A DNA stretch of 62,730 nucleotides, the filler included, from Stramenopiles sp. TOSAG23-2 (lineage: Eukaryota): the NCBI GenBank assembly GCA_900128395.1. It is 7 parts of 7 records of this genome, joined end to end, with 100 filler letters (N's around TTAATTAATTAA, not from the genome) between each part and the next. Parts side by side here need not be neighbours in the genome. Positions count along the whole stretch, not along the records: positions 1 to 27,155 come from LT649421.1; 6 more parts are not named here. One strand, written 5' to 3'. The notes under the pieces are model-generated. The model made no database searches. It saw nothing but the letters and a program-made list of their open reading frames with translations, and was not told the origin of the DNA. This document shows, piece after piece, positions 1 to 10,611 of the stretch. Each line of letters opens with the position of its first letter. The stretch's first letter is position 1. The translations under genes were made by a program, and so were the position numbers.

Positions 1-172
1 CTTCTTTGCTTCTTTCTCCGGATCATCTGCCAGACGACTATCACGGACTGTATGAATGTAATAAATTTCACACCCTCACACCAAATCACCGTCTCCAAGA
101 CTTAAGGTTAATTCTCACTTGCATATTATCTCCTGTAATATTATTATTGTGCTTTTCTAAATTATTTAATTA

Positions 173-510
173 TAATTAATACTCTGTAAGATATACGTAA
201 TAAACAATTATGTGGAACAAAAATAATACAAGTAACAGAAAAGATATATCAAATAATATTTTTTAGTAAAAAGTCATCAACACGATAATAATAATAACAA
301 TAATAATATATATAAAAGATCCAAGCAAAATGGCATCGTTTTAATTAATACTCTGTAAGATATACGTAATAAACAATTATGTGGAACAAAAATAATACAA
401 GTAACAGAAAAGATATATCAAATAATATTTTTTAGTAAAAAGTCATCAACACGATAATAATAATAACAATAATAATATATATAAAAGATCCAAGCAAAAT
501 GGCATCGTTT
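173..510. repeat. 169-bp head-to-tail tandem duplication including the ATG context of the 499 gene
   Basis: 173-341 and 342-510 read as identical (taattaatactctgtaag...aatggcatcgttt). Confidence 0.9.
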
Positions 511-1581
511 GCTGCGCCGACATCAAATGAATGGAATGATATATTAGCCCAGAAGGGAGAAAACACATTTGTTGTATTAAAAATTGAAAAAAAAACAATC
601 TCCGTTCTACATACTGGTAAAGGTTTAACTAAGCTAAAGAAAATTCTTTCTACTCCTGAGAGTGAACAGAGCGTTCTTGGTGTAGGTTTTGTTGTATATG
701 GTGTAGATACTCGGGGCGGAGTTACATCGAAACGACAAAAAGCGTTTCGAGTTGATTGGATGGGAATAAAAGTATCTCCAATGAAACGAGGTTTACAATT
801 GAAGTGCAAAAGTCATGTATCTGAATATTTCTCAAGCTGCAATATTATTCTTCAAAGCAATAGTGTTGACGATTTAGATGAGTTCGAATTGACAAACCAG
901 TTGCTTGCAAGTGGCGGCGCACATAAACCGAAATGTTATGATTTTGGTGATGGTGCAAATACCATTGAAGATATATTGGCAAAGAAGAATGAACCCGTTT
1001 CTGTTCCGACTACAAATTCAACAACAGAAGATATATCGAAAAAAATGGAAGCAACAACAGTAACAAATACTGAGAAAAAAGCGCCTGTAGCAACAATACA
1101 AAAAGTGCCAACATCAACAAAAGCACCTGTAATAGCAGCTACAACGACTGCTACAACAACAACTACTACTACTACTACTACTGCTACTACTACTACCACG
1201 AACAATGATACAGCTGATTTTGATTCATCACAAACACATGCAATTTTATTGACATCATCCTATGGTTCAGGAGGTGGTGGGCAAGCTGGAAAATGTAAGA
1301 AATTAGAAGATACATTTGCTGCATTGAAAATAAGATTTAAAAATATAGATGGTGCAGATGCTAAAAATAAAGAAATACGGAATGAATTATTTGGTATTAG
1401 TGGTGTTAGAGGGAATTACCCACAAACTTTTTTAAAAAATAGTGACGGTACTACATCTTTTATTGGTGATTATGATGCATTGATTGATTTAATTGAAAGC
1501 AATGATATCCCAGATGATATATTAAAACAAAATCCAGGTATCCAAACATTCAATGTAGTTTTCTCAGAGTGTAAACAATAA
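499..1581 (+). CDS. ADF-H (coactosin-like) domain + Thr-rich linker + SH3BGR/glutaredoxin-like domain protein
   Basis: N-terminal TSKRQK..RVDWMG..VSPMKR and GGAHKP..YDFG are coactosin-like; poly-Thr linker; C-terminal RNELFGISGVRGNYPQTFL...FIGDYD is SH3BGR-like; aaaATG context. Confidence 0.75.
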   Translation: MASFAAPTSNEWNDILAQKGENTFVVLKIEKKTISVLHTGKGLTKLKKILSTPESEQSVLGVGFVVYGVDTRGGVTSKRQKAFRVDWMGIKVSPMKRGLQLKCKSHVSEYFSSCNIILQSNSVDDLDEFELTNQLLASGGAHKPKCYDFGDGANTIEDILAKKNEPVSVPTTNSTTEDISKKMEATTVTNTEKKAPVATIQKVPTSTKAPVIAATTTATTTTTTTTTTATTTTTNNDTADFDSSQTHAILLTSSYGSGGGGQAGKCKKLEDTFAALKIRFKNIDGADAKNKEIRNELFGISGVRGNYPQTFLKNSDGTTSFIGDYDALIDLIESNDIPDDILKQNPGIQTFNVVFSECKQ

Positions 1582-1909
1582 CAGCACAACATAAACAATA
1601 GTACCTGTATACCAGGTACTATAAATAATAAAAATAATATTAGTACTATACTGGTAGTCTAGTAATTTAAAAATAGCATCCAGTATTTTAATAATAATTT
1701 TTCGGGAATTTTTCGAAGATATCAGCCAATCAGCATCAATTTGAAAAAGTGTAACCATAATAGTGCCATACAAATAATACACTGCAGTATAATTTATATA
1801 TATATGTACATACATTAAATATATTTATATGTATGGTGTGAATACTCGTCTCTCTATATATAGTATAATATCTATACATGTATGTGATCTCCATCATAAC
1901 AACAGCATC

Positions 1910-3424
1910 ATGTTTAACAGTATCATTAAATATTATAGAACACATGTCTTTTTAATCAAAGTAGACAGTGGTTTTTTATTTGTATTATTGTTTTTCATTT
2001 ATTATTCAAGAGTTTTTAATGGCAATAATAGTAATAATAATAATAACATCAATAGTTTTTCATCTACGTCCTTCAAGTCTAACAACACATTTCAATTACT
2101 TTTACCGAAAGAATTTACTACTTTAAATGATATATCAAAAAAATCTTCACCAGCACTATTCAAAAAATGTGCATATGCAGCAAATATACCTGCGATGATG
2201 AAATGGAATCCTGAATCGATTACGTCAATGATACCAACCTTGCAAGATGTGATTTCATTACCTACAAAGTCCTTTTATTATATTGATAATAACAATAAAG
2301 ATATAAATTGTTACAAACAACGAAAAAACAATACAAATTTCAATAGATGTCGAACTGATAAAGAATACGAAAATATAGACAAAATGAAAACTGAAACTTT
2401 TTGGCAAGGATGTAAAGATGGAAAATATTTTTGGCATTCATCTTCCTTACGTGATAATCAGGATATTTATTCAGAAAAGTTGTTAAAACCAATGAAAAAA
2501 TTCATTATTCCAGATAATTTATCTTCAATCAATTCATGGTTTGGATGTAAAGGTATTACAACGGAATTGCATTATGATATGTCTCATAATATTTTCATAC
2601 AAATTTGGGGTCGAAAGAAAGTCACATTGATTAACACTGGATCTATAAAAGAAATGCCTAGTTTTACTAGAAAAGATTATATCCATCCATCTTTAGAAAC
2701 TATTTTAAATGTGTATAGAAATAATAATGAAATTAACGTCACGTTAGATCCAGGTGATGTTTTATATATACCGCCATTAGTTTATCATCGTGTAGAAGTA
2801 CTTGATGAAAATGCTATATCATTGAATATATGGAGTAGATCGAATGAAGATTTAGCATTTCATACAATTAATTATGATATACCATTACCATTTGAGGAAG
2901 AATGGATGGATAATTTTAACACTCGTATTTATGTTACAATTGAATACATAAGGATCTTATTAGAGAATGATCTAGTCGATAGTGCACTTAATGGTATGAA
3001 ACCATGGTTTAACAATCGATGGAACCACTCTATAGAAACTATTGTTTCTAACGTTAAACAGGGCGATGTTAATCGTAATAATAATAATATCAATAAGAAA
3101 CAGCCAACATTGTGGGCAATTAGACTTGTAAATAATAATAATCATGATGCAAATGGAATGGTTTTAGAAAAGTTTGTCTTAGCAAAACGTTTTAAGGATA
3201 AATTTTCAACACGTTCTAAAAGTATAATTAGTAATATTACAAATTTGGTTCAAGATAAGACAAAACAACGAGTAATCTTATGGAATTATATTGATCAAAT
3301 GATAACATTTTCCATTACTCTTGGGCATGGCAGTAATAATTTTGATGATAGTAATGGAAATGATGGAAATGGGTTATCAGCATTTGATCAATTATTAGAT
3401 ATCATTAGTGCAGTGTTTGTATGA
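1910..3424 (+). CDS. JmjC (cupin-like) 2OG-Fe(II) oxygenase with N-terminal hydrophobic anchor
   Basis: TELHYDMSHNIFIQIWGRKKVTL (HxD) and LDPGDVLYIPPLVYHRV (distal His); hydrophobic FLFVLLFFIYY. The ORF opens at 1829; ATG 1910 is my preferred start. Confidence 0.85.
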   Translation: MFNSIIKYYRTHVFLIKVDSGFLFVLLFFIYYSRVFNGNNSNNNNNINSFSSTSFKSNNTFQLLLPKEFTTLNDISKKSSPALFKKCAYAANIPAMMKWNPESITSMIPTLQDVISLPTKSFYYIDNNNKDINCYKQRKNNTNFNRCRTDKEYENIDKMKTETFWQGCKDGKYFWHSSSLRDNQDIYSEKLLKPMKKFIIPDNLSSINSWFGCKGITTELHYDMSHNIFIQIWGRKKVTLINTGSIKEMPSFTRKDYIHPSLETILNVYRNNNEINVTLDPGDVLYIPPLVYHRVEVLDENAISLNIWSRSNEDLAFHTINYDIPLPFEEEWMDNFNTRIYVTIEYIRILLENDLVDSALNGMKPWFNNRWNHSIETIVSNVKQGDVNRNNNNINKKQPTLWAIRLVNNNNHDANGMVLEKFVLAKRFKDKFSTRSKSIISNITNLVQDKTKQRVILWNYIDQMITFSITLGHGSNNFDDSNGNDGNGLSAFDQLLDIISAVFV

Positions 3425-3587
3425 TGAGAAGTGTATGATGTGTGTGTGTGTGTGTGTGTGTGTGTAATTTAAGAAGCAATTATTAGTGTGTATAATATTA
3501 ATAATTTTTAAGATTTTGATAATTTAAAAATGAATATAAAACGTATTTTTAAAAAACAATACGGGTCGTAAAAAATATATATAATAT

Positions 3588-3747
3588 ATAAAAAATTCTC
3601 TTTATTTATAATTTAAAGATTTTATTTTTACTCATAATATATAATATATATATTACCAATATTTCTGGTAACTACACATATATATAGTGAATATAACATT
3701 ATGAGTAAAATAAAATCTTTAAATTAATAAATAAGAGAATTTTTTAT
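3588..3747. repeat. ~50-bp imperfect inverted repeat (MITE-like or hairpin) between convergent genes
   Basis: 3588-3638 is the near reverse complement of 3698-3747. Confidence 0.75.
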
Positions 3748-3857
3748 ATTACACGAACATTTTATATATTACACGCACACATATATAATATATATATAAA
3801 TATTAACAAATTCGCAATAAAGTACCTCTCCACAAAAATTCCACATATCATGCATTT

Positions 3858-5013
3858 TTATTCGACATTTTTTACAGCTTTTTTAATAAATGGTGAGATA
3901 TAACCAGCACTAAAATCAGGAGCAGACGGGACGCTACGTGGATCAAATACTTTAAATGTTTCTTCTTCGCCACGCACTACTGGGCAACCTAAAGTTGATT
4001 TTAAATGAATACCATTTGTACCAGAAGTTAACATTCCTGCGCTAGTACTAGCAAAAGTGTTTAATAATAATGGCCTTGAATTTGTTGAAAGATTCGGTAG
4101 ACTACTGTGAACACAACGTGCATTATGTAAAGTAATAGTTCCGGCTACACCTTGGGTTGTTTTTGCTTTATCAGTTGGTATCCTTTCTAAATCTTTTTCA
4201 TTTAATATTCCAGTAAATGCACCATTTTCAGAATCAACTAATGCATGTAATTCATCATGTTCACTTAAAGGTACAATTTGCATCGGTCCCATTTCCTCCG
4301 TTACATCATTTAAATATACACCAATTGTTAAAGGTGTAAAGTTTGTATGTGCTATGAGACATGGCATTTATGAAGTTTTGTGTATGTGTGTGTGTGTGTG
4401 TGGTATGTTAGATAGGGTCTCTATTTTATTCAAGATTTTAGTAAGGGAAAGACTGAAATAAAAGAAACTATAACTTACGCCAGAATTGAATATCTTGATG
4501 CCAATGAATTTGTTCAAATGATTTGGGCCATTTGAAATTCAATTTAGAATGATGAAATCTTACATTAGGGCCTAATACATCTTCAGCTATTGATGCTGCA
4601 ATTTCATTGGTGTATGACCAATAGGTATCATGTACATGCGATGGTGAGGAGAGTCTTGTTACCATAGGATTATCAGATGTATGCCCTTCTGCTAACATGA
4701 ATTTATCTAGTAATTTATCTTCCTCATCATTGCCTTGTCCTAACGGCAATACCATATCTTGCGTATATTTCCGAGATATTTGAACAAATTCATTTGTAAT
4801 ATTATTTAACTTTTCAATCCATTTATTAGATAAAAATCCCGGTAAGACAAGATAACCATGTTTAAAATAAAATTCACGTTGCTCCTCACTTATAACTTTT
4901 GTAGGGAATTCTCGTATTTCCTCTGGAAAAGTTGAAAAAAATGTTTTATTACATCTTGAATAATTCCATTTTCGTTTCAAGGTATTGTTATATTTCACTA
5001 TGTTTTTAAACAT
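3858..5013 (-). CDS. Phytanoyl-CoA dioxygenase (PhyH) family 2OG-Fe(II) oxygenase, two exons (5013-4479, 4351-3858)
   Basis: Removing GT-AG intron 4478-4352 restores HWHQDIQFW-P-HTNFTPLTIG; also HHSKLNFK, distal VHSS and RPLLL. The basic N-terminus resembles a mitochondrial transit peptide. Confidence 0.9.
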
Positions 5014-5684
5014 GATTATTGTTTATTTATTGTATGATGACGAATGTTTTCATGTGTTACATGTGTGTGTGTATGTATGTATATATATTAAATTCTATTT
5101 CTCTAAATATAGTTATCAAAGATGAATATTTCCCATCATATATATAAATTTCATATTTATATTGATCGTCGTATAAAAAAAAAAAAAAAGTTAGACCAAC
5201 ACCAAATTTACCAGCATAAAAATAGCATTAACTATCGGAGATATAAATAATTTGTAAAAAAGATCGGGAATAAGTATAGATCAAATCTTTTATTGTAATT
5301 ATTAGTACCATTATGTGTCACTGTACAACATTTAATGATAAAAAAATAGAAAAAATATTACATATACTAAATGGAAAATATCTGCAACAAAATTTCTGTA
5401 TTGGAACTCTTTCACATTTTTTTTCTACGTACAGATTGGTGGTGCTTTTTGTCGCGTGTATAATATAAAATACTGTGGTATAATATATATTATTACTACT
5501 TTTGTAAAGTATACGTATAGACGACTACATATATATCGATATGTATAATGTATGTATATCATGTATGTCACGAAGTAGAATAATATTATAGTACTATAGT
5601 ATATTGAATACAAAATATACACGTAAATGCCATCACGAACACTAACACTAAAGAACAGGAAATAATTAAGAACAATAATAAAAC

Positions 5685-7283
5685 ATGTCATGGGGAAGAG
5701 GTGTACATAATGAAAAATTAAAACGAAGTCAACGTTTAGCATTACAAAAAGATGATTTAGCTAATAATAACGATACTTTAATATCGACCAAAAAGAAAAC
5801 ATTGAAAGTATTACAATTTGGTTCAGGTGATATTAATGATGTTCGTTTAGATGATGATAGCATTTTAGATAATTTAGGAAAACAATATGGATACATATCG
5901 AAAGAAGATGCAACAGAATTAAATTTAGTAGACGATATTAATGCTGGTAAAGTTTATATTTATGTAAGAACATATCCGCAAGTTCATCAAAAAATACGTA
6001 TACATAAAAATGTTCCAACTGGTATATTGGTTCTTACTGATATGCAAAGGCAAAATCTAGAAGTAACAAGGCAAGATTCATTTGAATTTACGTTTGTATA
6101 CAATAGTGATAAAATCAAGGTATTATCAGATGTTAGTATTGTAGTTCGCCCAAGATATATTGATGAAAATAATGTAAAAATTGGTGATGCGAAAAAATTG
6201 AGTTCCTTATCAATTAAATGTTTATTTGGATTAATAATCACAAAAAATGAAAGATTTTTGATTGTTGATGATGATGATGATGGTAATACAGAATGGATAT
6301 TAACCATAACAGATGTAAATATTGATATCGATGATTGGGATGATGCGTTAACAATACCAGATGTTAATTGTGGTAAAATTAAATCGGAAACATCTTTTTA
6401 TTTAACACCAGAAGTTGAAGATTCCAAAGCATATACGTTAAATAATGTGAACAAATCAAAGGCCAATAAAAAATTTAATGATATTGTTGAAATCATATGT
6501 AATGATGAGGAAATGTTTCCAGTACGTAAAAAAATATTAACACCATGTATAAAATTAACATCTGTAGTAGCAGATGGTCTTGGTAAATATCGAAAAAAAG
6601 ACGAGGAGAAACAAAATGACACAAATGCAAATGTTAGTATTAGCAATCGCAATAGCGATGATGATGATGATAATAAAAATAATAACAAAAAGGACGATGA
6701 TGCGACGAGGATGAAACCAATTCAAACTACTATAGATATTGATTGTTTAACATTTGATCGTTGTTTACTATATTTAGAAAGTGAATGTCGTGGTAATGGT
6801 GCAAGTCATGATTTTGAAGCACAATATAATGAGGATATGTTAGATGCTGCCATTAAACTAGGATGTAGAGGATTAGAAGATTTAGCATTGAAAAAAATGG
6901 GCGCATTTGCTTCTCGCGTTCGTAATGATTATATACGTTGGGAAGAAGTTTTACAGCGTAATAATGATAAAAAAGATACGATTCTTGTGATGGATGGAAT
7001 GGTGTATGATGTGACACGATGGCTCCCGGAACATCCGGGTGGAAATACAATCATACCAAAACAAGCATTAAATAAAGATTCGACTAAATTTTTTGAATTA
7101 TATCATTCCAGTCGTAAATCATTTCAATATTTAAAAGAATTTTACATTGGAGAATTACATCCATCGGATTTACCAAACGTACCACGAGCTAGTAAAGGTG
7201 ATCCATCTGATGGTTTTTTACAACAATTGCGTGAATTTACTACATGGAGAGTGAAAATAAATAATGAGCATAAAAGTTTTTAA
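5685..7283 (+). CDS. Multidomain protein: CDC48/NSF N-domain-like region, BTB-like segment and C-terminal cytochrome b5 heme-binding domain
   Basis: MDGMVYDVTRWLPEHPGG...FELYH is the b5 motif with both axial His. The N-terminal and BTB-like assignments (EMFPVRKKILTPCIKLT...DCLTFDRCLLYLE...AAIKLGCRGLE) are tentative. Confidence 0.75.
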   Translation: MSWGRGVHNEKLKRSQRLALQKDDLANNNDTLISTKKKTLKVLQFGSGDINDVRLDDDSILDNLGKQYGYISKEDATELNLVDDINAGKVYIYVRTYPQVHQKIRIHKNVPTGILVLTDMQRQNLEVTRQDSFEFTFVYNSDKIKVLSDVSIVVRPRYIDENNVKIGDAKKLSSLSIKCLFGLIITKNERFLIVDDDDDGNTEWILTITDVNIDIDDWDDALTIPDVNCGKIKSETSFYLTPEVEDSKAYTLNNVNKSKANKKFNDIVEIICNDEEMFPVRKKILTPCIKLTSVVADGLGKYRKKDEEKQNDTNANVSISNRNSDDDDDNKNNNKKDDDATRMKPIQTTIDIDCLTFDRCLLYLESECRGNGASHDFEAQYNEDMLDAAIKLGCRGLEDLALKKMGAFASRVRNDYIRWEEVLQRNNDKKDTILVMDGMVYDVTRWLPEHPGGNTIIPKQALNKDSTKFFELYHSSRKSFQYLKEFYIGELHPSDLPNVPRASKGDPSDGFLQQLREFTTWRVKINNEHKSF

Positions 7284-7314
7284 AAAAATATATTATATTA
7301 TTTTATATAAAATG

Positions 7315-7344
7315 TTCTCTTACTCATATATATGAGTAAGAGAA
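7315..7344. repeat. 30-bp perfect palindrome
   Basis: ttctcttactcatat|atatgagtaagagaa. Confidence 0.9.
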
Positions 7345-7354
7345 AAACACATAT

Positions 7355-7571
7355 ATTATATAAATTTCTTTTACTCCCGTTCATTAACATCTCAAATCAA
7401 AAATGATTTATAAAGTTTAGTAAAAATTATTTAGTATTCAAAAGATGTTTCGTCTGTCTGTGATTCAGAGCTAAATGAAATTATATAAATTTCTTTTACT
7501 CCCGTTCATTAACATCTCAAATCAAAAATGATTTATAAAGTTTAGTAAAAATTATTTAGTATTCAAAAGAT
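7355..7571. repeat. 92-bp direct repeat pair with 33-bp spacer
   Basis: 7355-7446 matches 7480-7571. Confidence 0.85.
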
Positions 7572-7619
7572 AATATTATATATATTTTTTTAATAAGTTC
7601 GTACGAATTTTAGTATTTA

Positions 7620-8060
7620 TTATAATGTATGTTCTTCTATCCAAGCTCCATAACTTTTTGACACGAATTGCATCGGAAATGCAATCACTTCTGGAACATC
7701 ATATGGATGATTTTTAACTACAATTTCTTCTAAAGAATTAAACAACCTTGATTTTGTTTTGATTTCTAACAATAATTCTGCATCTTCATTAATTTTATTT
7801 TTCCAAGTATAAAAACTTGATACACCAGGGATTATATTTACACAAGCAGCTAATTTGTTATTTAACAATACATTTGCAATTTTTTCTCCAGCTGTTTTTG
7901 ATGGGACAGTTACATGAACAATAATAAAATTTGTTGTTTCCTTATTACTATTAATTTTACCTACATTATGATATTCACTCATTAAAAATAAAATGACAGT
8001 CATTCCTACTAATACTATCATCCAATATTTCATATCTTGTTCATCATCATGATTTGACAT
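7620..8060 (-). CDS. CUTA: CutA divalent-cation tolerance protein with N-terminal membrane anchor
   Basis: KLAACVNIIPGVSSFYTWKNKI..DAELLLEIKT and HPYDVPEVIA motifs. Confidence 0.95.
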   Translation of the reverse strand: MSNHDDEQDMKYWMIVLVGMTVILFLMSEYHNVGKINSNKETTNFIIVHVTVPSKTAGEKIANVLLNNKLAACVNIIPGVSSFYTWKNKINEDAELLLEIKTKSRLFNSLEEIVVKNHPYDVPEVIAFPMQFVSKSYGAWIEEHTL

Positions 8061-8388
8061 ATGTTATCCTTTGAAACGCAGGCAGGGGCCGGGGACAATA
8101 ATTGAACCAAAAGAATATTATATATATAGATGAAATCTATATTTCATTTGGGGTAAAGCACATGCTAAAGATGTGTAGTAGAAAAAGATTTTTTTATTGT
8201 GTTTTTTTGTACTTATAAATTAAAATTCAACAAAAATTATGGTGGCTCTGGTGTGCGGTATGTTTTAAATAGGGCTTATAGCCGCTTAGACTATCAATTT
8301 ACTATATACTATCATCTGTATACTGAGAAAAATAATATTTAGAACCTATTTGTCAGTACCTGACGAAATGCAATATTGTAATATTATC

Positions 8389-8626
8389 TTTTTATAAAGC
8401 AATACACAAACACGCTGCTTTCTTTAAAAAGGTACTGCGCTTCGTGCGAACGCGTCGTCATTTCGTAATTTTCAATACGAATCTCGTGTATAATTTTTTT
8501 AATTTTTTTTTTATAAAGCAATACACAAACACGCTGCTTTCTTTAAAAAGGTACTGCGCTTCGTGCGAACGCGTCGTCATTTCGTAATTTTCAATACGAA
8601 TCTCGTGTATAATTTTTTTAATTTTT
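8389..8626. repeat. ~119-bp tandem duplication
   Basis: tttttataaagcaatacacaaac...ctcgtgtataattttttt occurs twice in tandem. Confidence 0.85.
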
Positions 8627-8802
8627 TCGGGTCAAATTTAAAATCAAATATATTTTATATAAATATTAAAACTAAAAGTGCAAATGTATCATAATGATAT
8701 ATACTGGAAGAAGAAAAAAAGATGTAAAAATCACATACCACCAGCTACTATAAAGAAGGGGGGGGGGGGGGGGGGGCGAGCAATATATACAAGATCCCGT
8801 TG

Positions 8803-9666
8803 CTAATCTGTGATGCTATACGTTATTCCACTTTTTTTAGTCCAAGTATATACAACTGTACCGCTATAAGTACCACTTGGTAGACAACTATTTTCATTGA
8901 TACGTTTAGTTGCATGTTTTTTTTTCCAATGATTATATTTATCATAATCAGATCCATCAATAATAAATTCTGATATAAGTTCATCCTCGTCCTCATCTTC
9001 TGAATCATATTCTTCCTCCTCTTCCTCTTCCTGATCTGAATCATCCATCGTTAATAAATCATTCCAAAATTTCATTTGGCAATTTGAACAACCTATACGA
9101 GATGCAACTTCATTGCGAATTGTGACTAAACAATATCTTCCAAATAATTGAAAATGTATTTTTGTAGCATCTGGCTCAGCTGCTTCATCAACTGTTTCCC
9201 ATGGTAAATACGCTTTTGGAACAAGTGTTTCAACGCTATCGACAACTTCATCTTTCCATGCATTGAATTGTTTTGCTTGGTTAGTGGTCAATCTTAAATA
9301 TATAGCTTTCTCTTTACGTTCCCTTTCACTCATTTCGAAGCTACCATTATACAAGTGAGCTATCATTTCCCTATTGGAACTAACGGATGGTAAAGGTGGT
9401 AAAAATGATGAGGTAAAACTCGACTGTACAAAAGTAGAAAATATTGAGTCAAATGTATCTACAGATTTCTTCCATTTCTTACACACCGTTGTATTATTTA
9501 CTAATTGTTTCGGTTGGCAATATTCTAATATGTTTTTCAAATAAAATACCCATACGATACTACATGATTTTCCATAATCAACATGGTCCGTATCAATGAC
9601 ATATTCTTCCTCACCATTATTTTCTTCTTCCTCCTCTTTTTTTTCTTCACTTTTTTTCTTTGGCAT
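8803..9666 (-). CDS. F-box-like protein
   Basis: LKNILEYCQPKQLVNNTTVCKKWKK fits the F-box consensus; acidic tracts; 287-aa ORF. Confidence 0.6.
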   Translation of the reverse strand: MPKKKSEEKKEEEEENNGEEEYVIDTDHVDYGKSCSIVWVFYLKNILEYCQPKQLVNNTTVCKKWKKSVDTFDSIFSTFVQSSFTSSFLPPLPSVSSNREMIAHLYNGSFEMSERERKEKAIYLRLTTNQAKQFNAWKDEVVDSVETLVPKAYLPWETVDEAAEPDATKIHFQLFGRYCLVTIRNEVASRIGCSNCQMKFWNDLLTMDDSDQEEEEEEEYDSEDEDEDELISEFIIDGSDYDKYNHWKKKHATKRINENSCLPSGTYSGTVVYTWTKKSGITYSITD

Positions 9667-10611
9667 GATATTTTGTTTTTGTTGTTGAAATTGTCGTTGT
9701 TCTTGTTCTTATATGGTTCTTGTTGTGATAGGTAATATATGTACGTACGTATATATAACGATATAATTAATTAATATAAATAATATCTATCTACTATTCT
9801 TCTTCTCTGAAATATATTCTAATAATATACGTATGTGCATATTACGTATAATACTTCTTTTAATTTGAATATATATGATATGATATTATTATTTGTATAA
9901 AGTTTATTCCAGGTATTCATTTCAAAAAAATAATAATAAAAAAATGTAACGAACAATATAACAACAAAAAAAAAGTCTAAGTCCCTCTGCCCTCTGCACT
10001 ACCATCACCTGGTGGTAGATCTACCTTGCCCGCTTGGTAGTGTAATTATTCCATATAATCCTATATATATTTCTGCTACATTATTGAATAAGGTTTTATA
10101 CTCGTATAGCTTATAGCTTATGAAGCTACAAAAACTACCTCCTCGGCTAATTAAAGATTTTTTGTTTAACACTGGTCATTCATTAGCTCAGCTAGCACCT
10201 AGATAGCACTAGACAACGATAGTGGTATCCATCAAATCATCACATTTTGCCAATTTATATATCGATATACCTCTCCTCCTTTATTCTCTATCATAGAATT
10301 GAATGAATACATAAACGAGCTACAAATAAAAAAAAACGCCCTATATATATTAGACCCATGAAGGAGAAAACAAACAAAATATATATAAGTCATATCAATC
10401 AAGTACAATCACAACTTATCTGATTAAAGAAAACATAACAAATCTCTAAAAAGAGCGATATACATTTTTAGAGTGGTACGGTATATATATATATATATAT
10501 ATATATATTACGCAGAAACAACAATTATCTTTTGTAAATTTCCTTCCATCACACAACCAAATTCAATTAAATACGTAGCTATAGTATATATAAAAAGAAT
10601 TTAAAATAATC

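Noticed and set aside
8758-8776. Poly-G tract (also ~30786-30801) and (TG)n/(TA)n/(AAC)n microsatellites
   Set aside because: Simple sequence repeats typical of this kind of genome; no specific function is supportable.
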